Position numbers and translations under genes: made by a program. A stretch of DNA of 64,000 bases from IMG/VR virus record IMGVR_UViG_3300028840_008185, positions 186,001 to 250,000 of that record. One strand, 5' to 3'. The notes under the pieces are model-generated. The model was given only the letters and a program-made list of their open reading frames with translations, had not been told where the DNA came from and did not search any database. Shown in pieces: positions 33,300 to 42,900 of the stretch; positions within the stretch are counted from its first letter, which is position 1, and every line of letters starts with the position of its first letter.

Positions 33300-34073
33300 T
33301 TAGAGATTTTTCTCCCAACCTTTCTCGTCGTATCCAGCCTCCACAACCAGATCTGCAAAATCTGGGTCAGATTTTATAAGGCCCAATATTCGTGTTTTGT
33401 GATATTTCCACTGACCAACAGAATCTCTGTCAACTGGTCTTGGCCCCTTCAGCCAACGCATGGATCGATGACGCAGCTCTTTTTCAGTAAGAGTGTTGGG
33501 CCAATCATTGACATCTTCCATCCCCTTTTCTAAACCAATAGTCTCAAAAAGATTTTCCATAACCTCATTTGGTTGGGACACTAGCTCCTCATACTTTACT
33601 AGCAAGGTTCTATCGGGGTGTATTTCATAAAGTCTTTTGTAAATCGCTTCAGCATTTTTCCACATATACGGCAGACCCACATATCTGTTTGATTTTTGCA
33701 TCCTCGATGTCATGGAATCTCTGGGATCGCGGCGGATATGAATATGCCAAATTCTTTGCCAATTAGCCATCCACTCTACCCAAGGAATTATTTCTTCGCG
33801 ACCTTCAAAAATTGATTCACCAGACAGCACTCTCTCAGAGTTGATAAGGGCGGCATCAATTCCACTCATAGAGGCGCCCCATATATGAGGGGCGCCACAC
33901 CGCTTGCCAACAAAGGAAAGCTTGGGATCATCGTAGTATTGTTCTACGCGAAATAAAATAGGTGGTGGTATTTCCCCCATTATCACTTTAGTATCCTTGG
34001 CACAACGAAACAAGTTTTGTAACAAAGTTGTACCCGACCTGTTACAACCGAGAATAAAAATAAGTTCTCCCAT
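33300..34073 (-). CDS. PAPS-dependent sulfotransferase (Sulfotransfer_3/TPST-like)
   Basis: FILGCNRSGTTLL 5'-PSB loop; RRDPRDSMTS 3'-PB; VKYEELVSQP; PVDRDSVGQW; AAGGAG SD before ATG 34073. Confidence 0.88.
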   Translation of the reverse strand: MGELIFILGCNRSGTTLLQNLFRCAKDTKVIMGEIPPPILFRVEQYYDDPKLSFVGKRCGAPHIWGASMSGIDAALINSERVLSGESIFEGREEIIPWVEWMANWQRIWHIHIRRDPRDSMTSRMQKSNRYVGLPYMWKNAEAIYKRLYEIHPDRTLLVKYEELVSQPNEVMENLFETIGLEKGMEDVNDWPNTLTEKELRHRSMRWLKGPRPVDRDSVGQWKYHKTRILGLIKSDPDFADLVVEAGYDEKGWEKNL

Positions 34074-34084
34074 ACTTTTTCTCC

Positions 34085-35119
34085 TTATCGGGCAGTTATA
34101 TGAGTGCCCCACCCCAAACTGCTGGGCGGTGCTACTCCTAAATTTGTCCACGTTATAGTTTCTGCAGAAGAATTAACAACTCCTTCCCAAGTGTCCGCTC
34201 TCGGAATTGGGTGGAAAGGATCTCCATGCAGCCCTCCCACTATATATATTTTATTATTATCATCATCAACAACACAGTCCACGTATCCTCGCTGAGAAGG
34301 TGGACTATTTATATTGGTAAGTGTCCTGCGCGAATAGGATCCGGGGCTGGTTTCTACAATGGCATAAGTATCATTTAAAAATGTATAGGGTGAGATGTCA
34401 CCACCATATTCGCCCCAACCTGTTCTTCCTTCTACCTCAATGCCACCGAAATATATAAAAGCCCGCGAGCCTTCCCAATTAATCGTATTCGTCGCACAGG
34501 CATACTCCCAACTCTTGTCGGACCAAACATATGTTGTACTCCAGTCAGATGGATCAACCAGACATGCTATCATCATTGGCATGCCACCCCATCTAAAAAA
34601 AACCCAAAGTTTATCTCTAGAAGAATCCCATTCTAAATCTGGCCAATATCCTGATATAGGATATCCAAACCAAGTTCCTGGCGAGTGCGAACTCCATTGC
34701 CCAGATACACCATCCCACGTATAGATGGTGGCATCCTTCCAGAGTGCCATGGTTATCAAAATCATTTGATTATTAGTAGAGTCAAATGTCATAGCTGCCC
34801 AATGGCCTGGATATGTAGAATCTCCAGACCAGGAAGGCTGACTAGGTGCGTGCGTTACATTTGACCAAGTGTTGGTGTCCAAATCTAATTCCCATGTGCC
34901 CAATTCGTCGTAAAAACCACCATTCACATAAACTATTACATTTCTATTGGAATCATACGCAGCAACGCCATATGGATCAGAAAGCAGGTTTGGCCCTGCC
35001 ACTCCGGTTTCAATAGTATATAAATTAGTGCCAGAACTAAATTTAAACCAATCTTGATTTGGACTTTCTTCACCCTCATTTGTCCACTCAAGTGTGTACT
35101 CAGAACCATAGATCGTCAT
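34085..35119 (-). CDS. Kelch-like beta-propeller protein
   Basis: Repeated AYDS...VNGG, FDS, YFGG, IVGG...DTW blades. Confidence 0.75.
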   Translation of the reverse strand: MTIYGSEYTLEWTNEGEESPNQDWFKFSSGTNLYTIETGVAGPNLLSDPYGVAAYDSNRNVIVYVNGGFYDELGTWELDLDTNTWSNVTHAPSQPSWSGDSTYPGHWAAMTFDSTNNQMILITMALWKDATIYTWDGVSGQWSSHSPGTWFGYPISGYWPDLEWDSSRDKLWVFFRWGGMPMMIACLVDPSDWSTTYVWSDKSWEYACATNTINWEGSRAFIYFGGIEVEGRTGWGEYGGDISPYTFLNDTYAIVETSPGSYSRRTLTNINSPPSQRGYVDCVVDDDNNKIYIVGGLHGDPFHPIPRADTWEGVVNSSAETITWTNLGVAPPSSLGWGTHITAR

Positions 35120-35133
35120 ATAAAACTCCTATA

Positions 35134-37119
35134 TTAATAGCCTCTATCCACTTCACCACCATATGAAATAATCTTGGAAGAAACTGGGATCCAGACCATT
35201 CTATGTCCGCATATAGCAACGTTTGGATCCAATTCTGTTCGATGCCAAACTCTATACCATTCGCCAACTCCTCCATCCCATCTCCAACAATCTGCCAGCG
35301 GAAATTTATCACCGGTAATCTGCTCGCATCCGCCAAACATAATTACACCGCCAACTCCAGAATGGTAGGCCATGTCGGCATACTGCCTGGCTGGAGGAGA
35401 AGTTGACGGTGATTGTTGTGTAAAACCAGCTCCATTACCCGTCCAGGTGGTGCCATCTGTTCCAAACAAAACTATATTGCCAGCGGACTCGTCGTAGGCC
35501 ATTGAGGCAGACTCAAACGATGGCGATGAATTAACAAAACTCCAACTGGTGCCATCCCATGTATACACTCCACCTCCAGTTCCACTTCCATAACCAGTTG
35601 GACACACAATAACTGTTACCGAGCCATCAAAAGCCATGCAGAAATGCCACTGCCTCCCAGGATGTGTGCCTCCGAAACCAAAACCGCCTTTCCTGGTCCA
35701 TGTGGGCGGATTGGTCGAGGTATCAAGTTCAAAAATACGACCGTCATCGTCGTCGATAGTCGCTTGCGATCTTCCGCCATATAATACATGTACATTGCGC
35801 ACAGAATCATAAACCATACAATGGCCACCAGAAACGAATGATCTGGTTGGATCGGCATTCGCGTATGGAGGCCTGCTGCCTTGCGAAGTTTCATAAAGCC
35901 AGCCATATCCGTCCGTTGTATAAAACTCAAGAGAGTTGCCCCCAGATATCCACATATAAGCTTTTTGTTTTACAGGATCGTAAGATATCCCACGCATCTG
36001 TGAATAAAAATTTCCTGGAATGGAAGGCACATTCATGTCTTTGCGCCAGTTTATCTTTATGTCTGCTGCAGGGAATGGAGTAATTTCTCCAAACATTCCA
36101 AAAACTGTTACATAGTCCCACTTGGTAAAATTACGGTTTGTCCAACTTGTAAGCGGCGGTTGTGCTGATTGGATTATATTAGCCGTTTGGGAAAAGTGTT
36201 CACCAAAAGCCCACAAATTGTTAGCGCCGCTGCCCAATTGAAGAATTCCGCCGTCAAAAAGGTCTGGCCCTACCGATGGCGAAACAATGGTCCAAGCCGA
36301 TCCGTTCCAGTGTGCCATGCTTCCTGGTATTGGTGGAGAATATGAGCTAACAGCCCATAGATCATTAGAGCTGGTGCCGCCCAAGTGCATAATGCTTTCG
36401 AAACTGTCAATAACGGCATCGGATCTATCTACCCAGCCGGCCCCCGTCCATTGTTGTATGCTGGCTTGTGGACCGGATTCCAGATTACCACCAATCCAAA
36501 CATCATTAGGTCCGAACCCGAACACAGTATTGAGCCATTCATTGCCGCCCGGCGGAGATCCAGTAGGCGGCGTTCTATCAGTCCAAGCCGCTCCGTTGTA
36601 GTGATGTACAAAGCAACCAATTGCAGCATTCGTTTCACCTACAGCCCAAACATCATTGGGGCCGCTAGCCCAAATAGAGTAGACGGCGTAGATCTGAGGA
36701 TCAAGCGCTAGTATTGAGGCGCTTTCGTTAGTCCAAGTAGCTCCATTCCAATGCCACAATAAATAAGCTCCATACCCACTACCAACCCAAACATCATCCG
36801 AGGCTACAGCGAATACCGTGAAGAACCTAGTATTGGAAGGAATACCCCCGACTCCAGGATCCAGCTCTATATTGAAAGCACCGCCCTCCGAGGTTCTATG
36901 AAACAAACCTCGGTTCTGTGCAGCGATATACATATTAGAGGCCGACAGACCATGGAAACGACGATCCCCATGATTGATGAACCCCCAAACGGAACCGGTA
37001 CTCCATGTGTCAAAGAAATTCTCGAAATTCCAGGTGGCTCCATCATCATCTGATCTATATACCTGTGGAAGCCAACTAGTGCCAGATTTGGCTTCAATAT
37101 ATGCCCAAAGTGTAGCCAT
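35134..37119 (-). CDS. double beta-propeller protein (NDVW-type blades plus Kelch blades)
   Basis: Repeats SGPNDVWAVG, GPNDVWIGG, SSNDLWAV; HWNGxxWT; Kelch YDS...LYGG. Confidence 0.8.
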   Translation of the reverse strand: MATLWAYIEAKSGTSWLPQVYRSDDDGATWNFENFFDTWSTGSVWGFINHGDRRFHGLSASNMYIAAQNRGLFHRTSEGGAFNIELDPGVGGIPSNTRFFTVFAVASDDVWVGSGYGAYLLWHWNGATWTNESASILALDPQIYAVYSIWASGPNDVWAVGETNAAIGCFVHHYNGAAWTDRTPPTGSPPGGNEWLNTVFGFGPNDVWIGGNLESGPQASIQQWTGAGWVDRSDAVIDSFESIMHLGGTSSNDLWAVSSYSPPIPGSMAHWNGSAWTIVSPSVGPDLFDGGILQLGSGANNLWAFGEHFSQTANIIQSAQPPLTSWTNRNFTKWDYVTVFGMFGEITPFPAADIKINWRKDMNVPSIPGNFYSQMRGISYDPVKQKAYMWISGGNSLEFYTTDGYGWLYETSQGSRPPYANADPTRSFVSGGHCMVYDSVRNVHVLYGGRSQATIDDDDGRIFELDTSTNPPTWTRKGGFGFGGTHPGRQWHFCMAFDGSVTVIVCPTGYGSGTGGGVYTWDGTSWSFVNSSPSFESASMAYDESAGNIVLFGTDGTTWTGNGAGFTQQSPSTSPPARQYADMAYHSGVGGVIMFGGCEQITGDKFPLADCWRWDGGVGEWYRVWHRTELDPNVAICGHRMVWIPVSSKIISYGGEVDRGY

Positions 37120-37133
37120 TTTTTAATTCTCCT

Positions 37134-38546
37134 TTACTGATATGTTCCAAACAAACCAATACATATTCTTGGATTAGAAATTCCAATATTTCTATTTAAC
37201 CACGCGGTATCAGGGGGCCTATTAGACTGAACACATGTGCTTATGTCTCCAGAATCAGAACCAGCAAACCAAAGCTGCCTTGCAGTAAGATAGTTTGGCT
37301 CACCAAATAGAGTATAAATTTGATCTATACCACCAGAAATGGTTATATTCGTCCAACTAGAACCATCATAACGACTTACAATATTGCCGTTTGGTGATCC
37401 AATCCATACGTCATTAAAATTTTCTTCGCCAGTAATGCTTGTATACGAAGCCTGTGGCGATGATAATGTGGTTCCTAAATTGACAGGTGGCGCCCCGTAT
37501 CGCCATACTTGTGCCACGCCTCCAACAGTAGTACCAGTGGCAATCCATTCATATGGAGCCGCCCAAATGGCATGTCCATCTCCTCCATCATCAAAGCCGT
37601 AAACAGTCCATTGCCCAAACCCTGGCGTAAAAGTCTGGGACCAGACTCCAACAATTCCGCCGCCAGAATCAGAACCAGCAACACAAACATTATATCCGTC
37701 ACGATCCCAATTTATAGCCACCGAACTTAACTTGGTTATAGGAGTTCCATTTCTTGGCACCCCTCGCTGGTCTCCAGCCGGTATCCCCGCATTAAGATTT
37801 GCAGATATATCTGACCAACTAGCACCATAGTCTGGCGAAAACATAGAACAACACGTTCCAGCAAAAGTATGGCCAACTGCAGCTACGTATTGACCATAAG
37901 CATAGACAGAAAGAAACCTGGTGCCAGCAGGTACTCCACCAGCCCCAGGAACAATCACCTGTGTCCAATTAGTTCCATTCCACTTGTATACCCCCTTCTC
38001 TTGAGCAGCAGCAAACATATAATTTGAATTGTTTCCGTGTAAACGCCTAAAACCTTGACCGGCACGACTCTCAGCTATGCCAGCGGCAAGTGTTGAATGT
38101 AAACTCCAAGTAGCTCCATCATTAGATGATTCATAAATTTGAATATTGCTTCCAGTTTGTATTGTGTATGCATACAATTTAAAAGTGCCTGGGAATCCTC
38201 CAATACCTTCAAAGAGGAATGGCTCTGATGGAACTATATCTTCATTTATTATCCTGAACCTAATCTCTGTATCGCGGGGTCTATCTACAGTGCCGGCAGG
38301 AGGAAATAGATTATAAATAATATCTTGGTAGCCTTCTAACAAATCAACATCGACAGTGACTCTACCCAAATCAAGCTCTCCAGCTTTCCTGATAACAAAA
38401 TTATATCCATCATAACTATCAGCATTGCTGTAAATAACAAAGGATCCATTATTATAGGGAGACTGAAAAGTGTATCCGTCCCAAGCCTGATTGTAGCCAG
38501 TGCCATAACCCTCCTCAATATCCACGGTCGCAAAACGTGTAACCAT
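37134..38546 (-). CDS. beta-propeller protein paralogous to N-half of 35134..37119
   Basis: Shared DGATW, RR.HG, PG.GG.P..TRF, PP.T.W.NRN blocks. Confidence 0.8.
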   Translation of the reverse strand: MVTRFATVDIEEGYGTGYNQAWDGYTFQSPYNNGSFVIYSNADSYDGYNFVIRKAGELDLGRVTVDVDLLEGYQDIIYNLFPPAGTVDRPRDTEIRFRIINEDIVPSEPFLFEGIGGFPGTFKLYAYTIQTGSNIQIYESSNDGATWSLHSTLAAGIAESRAGQGFRRLHGNNSNYMFAAAQEKGVYKWNGTNWTQVIVPGAGGVPAGTRFLSVYAYGQYVAAVGHTFAGTCCSMFSPDYGASWSDISANLNAGIPAGDQRGVPRNGTPITKLSSVAINWDRDGYNVCVAGSDSGGGIVGVWSQTFTPGFGQWTVYGFDDGGDGHAIWAAPYEWIATGTTVGGVAQVWRYGAPPVNLGTTLSSPQASYTSITGEENFNDVWIGSPNGNIVSRYDGSSWTNITISGGIDQIYTLFGEPNYLTARQLWFAGSDSGDISTCVQSNRPPDTAWLNRNIGISNPRICIGLFGTYQ

Positions 38547-38606
38547 AAAAAATTTCCTCCAGTTTTTCCATTGTCATAATGTATGGCACAAATTCTTGGT
38601 AGACCA

Positions 38607-39905
38607 TTATACCCCTCCGAATCCGCCGAAGCCAAATGGCATAAAACCAAATGCTAAAGAAGCACTGACGCTAAAAGTATACATGGTATTCAACTCGTTT
38701 CCTAACAGGTCGCTAGCGACCACCCTTACAGAAACTGTTGAACCTAGCACAAGGGGACTAGGAGGCTCAATCACGAACGAAACCTGCTGATAACCAACCG
38801 CAGCAGTTCCTGAATATCCACTTTGCCATCCACCGAAGCCTCCAGCAAAAACGACTATGCCATCAACATAAACAGTAACCGAAGTAGGTTCCACAGAAGT
38901 GATGAGATCGGCAACCGTGAACGCTATGGAATCTGACGGGCTGGCTGTTCCGCCAGGCAGGGGCGACTGGCCTGTAAGATATGGTGGGTCTGTGTCCGTG
39001 ATTACCAAGTCGTTAGGGAAGTTGGCCACAAACATGGCATTTATTCCATAAGCATCAAGTATTTGTGCCCATCTTGCGGGAGTAGATACATTAACTCTTC
39101 TGAATACATCTATGCCCCTAGTGCCGCTTAGATATATTCTTTGGCTGTCGGAGGTAACCAATCTGCTCTCATGCCAACTTCTCACCCTGCCGTTATAATT
39201 GCTCATTGTGGCAGTTGAGTAGAATGGTGATAGTGTGGCAGTTCTAAAGGAAGCCGGTATGCCGTAGCCATCTGCGTCTCGTATGCTGTCTGATAATGTC
39301 AAGGTGAATGACGACTGCTCTTGGAAAAGCTCAACCCATAGCCTAACATTATCAGAATCTACAATATCTACCAACCTGCAATACATCCCTTTATCAAACT
39401 GGTAGCTCGTAGGACTGGTAAGCGCACTATCTATCGTCATCGGGCGCCCGAACTTAATATCAACCGTCACTTCATAAGGATCAACTGTTATTGAGGCGAT
39501 TCCAGTATAAATCTCAAATTCGTAATCGCCAGCCGGATCTACCAAGCCGTTTAGGGTATTACCATAATTGTCGCTCACAACAATAGCTACAACTTGCGTG
39601 CTGCTTTGGGGATAGAGACCGGTGTTGTCCAGCACCAAATGATATCCGTCATAACCATCTACAGTGGTCGGAGTGATGGAAGAGCCGGCGCCATTAAACG
39701 GGGCTATAAAAGTGCTGGGGCCACTAAAAGCCTGAATGCCGTTCACATAGGCGTCTAAGGTGGACAGATTAATAGCAGAGTAGTCATCCAACACGTCCAC
39801 GCTGGTCAGAGTGGCAGGATCTACGGTGCCTACAGGATCCGCATTCCTCAAGAATGGCCCAACATAATCTATGACGCCGAACGTCCAAGTTCCTATTGTT
39901 CCCAT
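38607..39905 (-). CDS. Ig-like repeat structural protein
   Basis: Two P.L....P...SVD/AF repeats; TVDGYDGYH. Confidence 0.75.
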   Translation of the reverse strand: MGTIGTWTFGVIDYVGPFLRNADPVGTVDPATLTSVDVLDDYSAINLSTLDAYVNGIQAFSGPSTFIAPFNGAGSSITPTTVDGYDGYHLVLDNTGLYPQSSTQVVAIVVSDNYGNTLNGLVDPAGDYEFEIYTGIASITVDPYEVTVDIKFGRPMTIDSALTSPTSYQFDKGMYCRLVDIVDSDNVRLWVELFQEQSSFTLTLSDSIRDADGYGIPASFRTATLSPFYSTATMSNYNGRVRSWHESRLVTSDSQRIYLSGTRGIDVFRRVNVSTPARWAQILDAYGINAMFVANFPNDLVITDTDPPYLTGQSPLPGGTASPSDSIAFTVADLITSVEPTSVTVYVDGIVVFAGGFGGWQSGYSGTAAVGYQQVSFVIEPPSPLVLGSTVSVRVVASDLLGNELNTMYTFSVSASLAFGFMPFGFGGFGGV

Positions 39906-39908
39906 TGA

Positions 39909-42900
39909 TTAATAACCATCCTTGTTAAGAGCGTCTATTCTTGTAGTTACTGAATCTCCAGAATGATAGGGCGCAGTTTTATCTATGATTAAATTGTAGG
40001 CATCGTAGCCGTCAACCACAGTTGGCGTGATGTCCGAAGACACGCCATTAAACGGAGCTATAAATGATCCATTGTAAGCCAATTGACCATCCACATAGGC
40101 ATTTATTGTGCTAAAATCTACACCTATTCCCTTGCTAAATATGTCAACACTCAACAGCGTGTTTGGATTGACGCCGCTCGCTCCATCGGGCGGAAACTCA
40201 TTGGCAATTTCTGGAGGGTCTGTATCTATCGTCAGAAAGCTATAATATGCGTCAAGGTAATTCCCAGCAAAATCATACGCATCTACTTCAACCACAACAT
40301 AAGAATACGTGGAAAAATCAGCATCAGGGTTTATCACATATCTATATCCATCCGCTATAGCGAAAGTACCAACAGAAAATCCAGGCTGCGCCATCTCCAT
40401 CTCCCAAGCCGTGTGTCCGTCAATGGCTAATATAACAGAGTAAGCGTCGAGTCCGCTATCATCATCTGTAATATCCAGAGATATATTGGTTTCTATTATC
40501 ACGCCTGTTTGATCCGGCGCTGGATTTTGGTTCGATAAAACTGGAGAGGTTACATCAGCGTCACCTATTTTCGAGATGCCCACCCAAGTTTGGGTAGTGG
40601 GAAGCCAGTTAGTTCCAGTAATCCCCTCAAGCCAGCCAAGACCACTTGCTGCGATGTCATCCCACAATCTATTATTGCTCTCAGCCGACACCGCCATTAC
40701 GGCACTATCATTGAAAGCGCTAATCCCTGTGGGCGTAAGAGTGTCGCCCAGCTTTTGTTGTAGCGACCAGGAGCCAGTAACCAGCTCGTATACGCTGGCA
40801 TCGGATGCAAGGTCATCTGCCGTAAACACCCACCAGTCCCCAGAGCCATCTCTAAACAAAGATCGATCTCCAGCAGCTTCGCTAATATCAGGTGCAGCGA
40901 CACTCCATGACCCGCCCTCAAACTTGGAGAACAGCATCGTGCCACCGAGACCCTGGAGCGCGACCCACGCGCCTTCATTGGTGGTTATCACATCCTTGGC
41001 CAGATTCGCAGGCCCCGTCAGTGCCCCCAGGTATACATTCTGGGAACCGCCGGTCCAGCTACTATCCCTAACGATCTCTGACCAGCTCGCACCGTCGGCG
41101 GTGCGCCGGACAATAAACTCAAAAGTGCCCGACTCGGAGTAGGCCACGTAGCCTACCTCGTCGTTGAACATCCAGATGTCACCACCGAATAGATTGAAGG
41201 GCACTGCGTCCTGCCGCGTGACCGTGGCTCCATCGAAAAATTGCGCCCCAGCCGCTCCGCCATATCCCGAGCTATACCACTGCTTGTTCGCCGCCGTTGC
41301 CGAACTCCTCGCAGGACCGGCGTATGGCCATTCGAATGGGCCAATGTATGACCACGAGACGCCATCCCATTTGCACAAACGCCCACCTGATACAGAGGTG
41401 GCATAGTACAACCAGACGTAGATTTCATTAGCAGATATAGCGTGAATCGCACCCACGTATGATCCGGTAACAACTGTTGGAGCAACATCGGCCACCAGTT
41501 GAGCCCACTGATTGGTCCAGACTCCAGCCCCCCGTGGACTGTTGTCACGGAAGCCGATATACTGGTTTCCGCCCACCACCACATCTTCGATGTTGGGTCC
41601 ATAGACGTAGACATCAAAGAGAAGATTGCCAACTGGAGCAAGGGTGGCATCCGTTACCCAGGTTGAGCCATTCCATTGTTTCAGTACCGGGTCGCTGTTC
41701 CAGGACAGCGCATAGACGTTGTTGTAATCGTAGCCATGAATTCGATCCGCCTTGTTGCCGCCAGTAAAGTTACACGGCCCCTTGTCTACCCAAACCCCAC
41801 CTTCAAGATGCAGGAACTTTTGCGTGGTTCCCGCTGCCTGCCTGGCACCCATAATCAGACGGCTATTGGCATCGCCCCAGATCCCGGCCACGGCGTCATA
41901 GGTGCCCGTGTTAATCTGCGGACTGAACTCAACCAAGTTGAGGCTGCCGTCGAGTGTGTATAGCTTGTCTGTGCCAACGACACTTAGCGATATGACAAGC
42001 TGCTTCGATGACCCATGCAACGCTGCCGCTGCTGCGAAGCGATTAACCCACGAAGTGCCGCCATCGTCGCTGTGCCACAGCTGACTGTTGCTGCTAGTGA
42101 TCCAAATGTCCTGTCCATCTCTACTGGCGCTAATGTTGAGTTCATAACCACCAGTGCTGCCAGGAATCAGTGAGGCTGTCCAAGCAGAGCCGTTCCAGCG
42201 GAAATAATAGATGTTGGTGCCATCTTCACCAACGCCATGGATTCTTTCCGCTACATAATCTGTCCCATACAAACGCTCAATTCTTGCTGGGTTGCTTAAT
42301 TTGTGGGCTGTCCACGAGTCGCTGGTAGGATCATAGTGCCAAGCTATATCTGCTGGAGAACCTCCGGTTCCACCAGAAGAAATGCTGAGAACTACCTCAC
42401 CGCTACTAAAACCTTGAATGTCACTATAGTTGGTCGCAAGTACGGTAAGGTCGTCAGGATCGGCTTTATCTTGACCTCTGCTGGAATTGTCAGCCCATCT
42501 ACACCACGCGGCATACTTAGAGTCACCCTTTGTCCAAAGAGTGTAGTCTGCCACCTTGGTCCCGTATGTGGTCACGATTCTTCTATTTGGATCAGATATT
42601 GGAGCAATAAACCCCTGAGCAGCATAGCCTCCAGAAACAAGATTATTCCAAGTGCTTCCGCCATCTATGGAGATGCGAGAAGTATTAGAGCCGCTTGCCC
42701 ATAGGGTCTGGCTGTCAACGGCAGCAGGTTGGGCAGTCGTTCCCGCCACGCCTGTTGGACCCAAGTTGGTCCAACTATCTGGTCCATTGCGAATCCAGAA
42801 ATCCTGGCCAACAGCATAACATAAGAAAGAGTCGTCTGCGCTGACAGCAAAACAAGGTCGGGTGTCTCCGACAGTGGCCACAGAAAATGGGCCATCAGTC

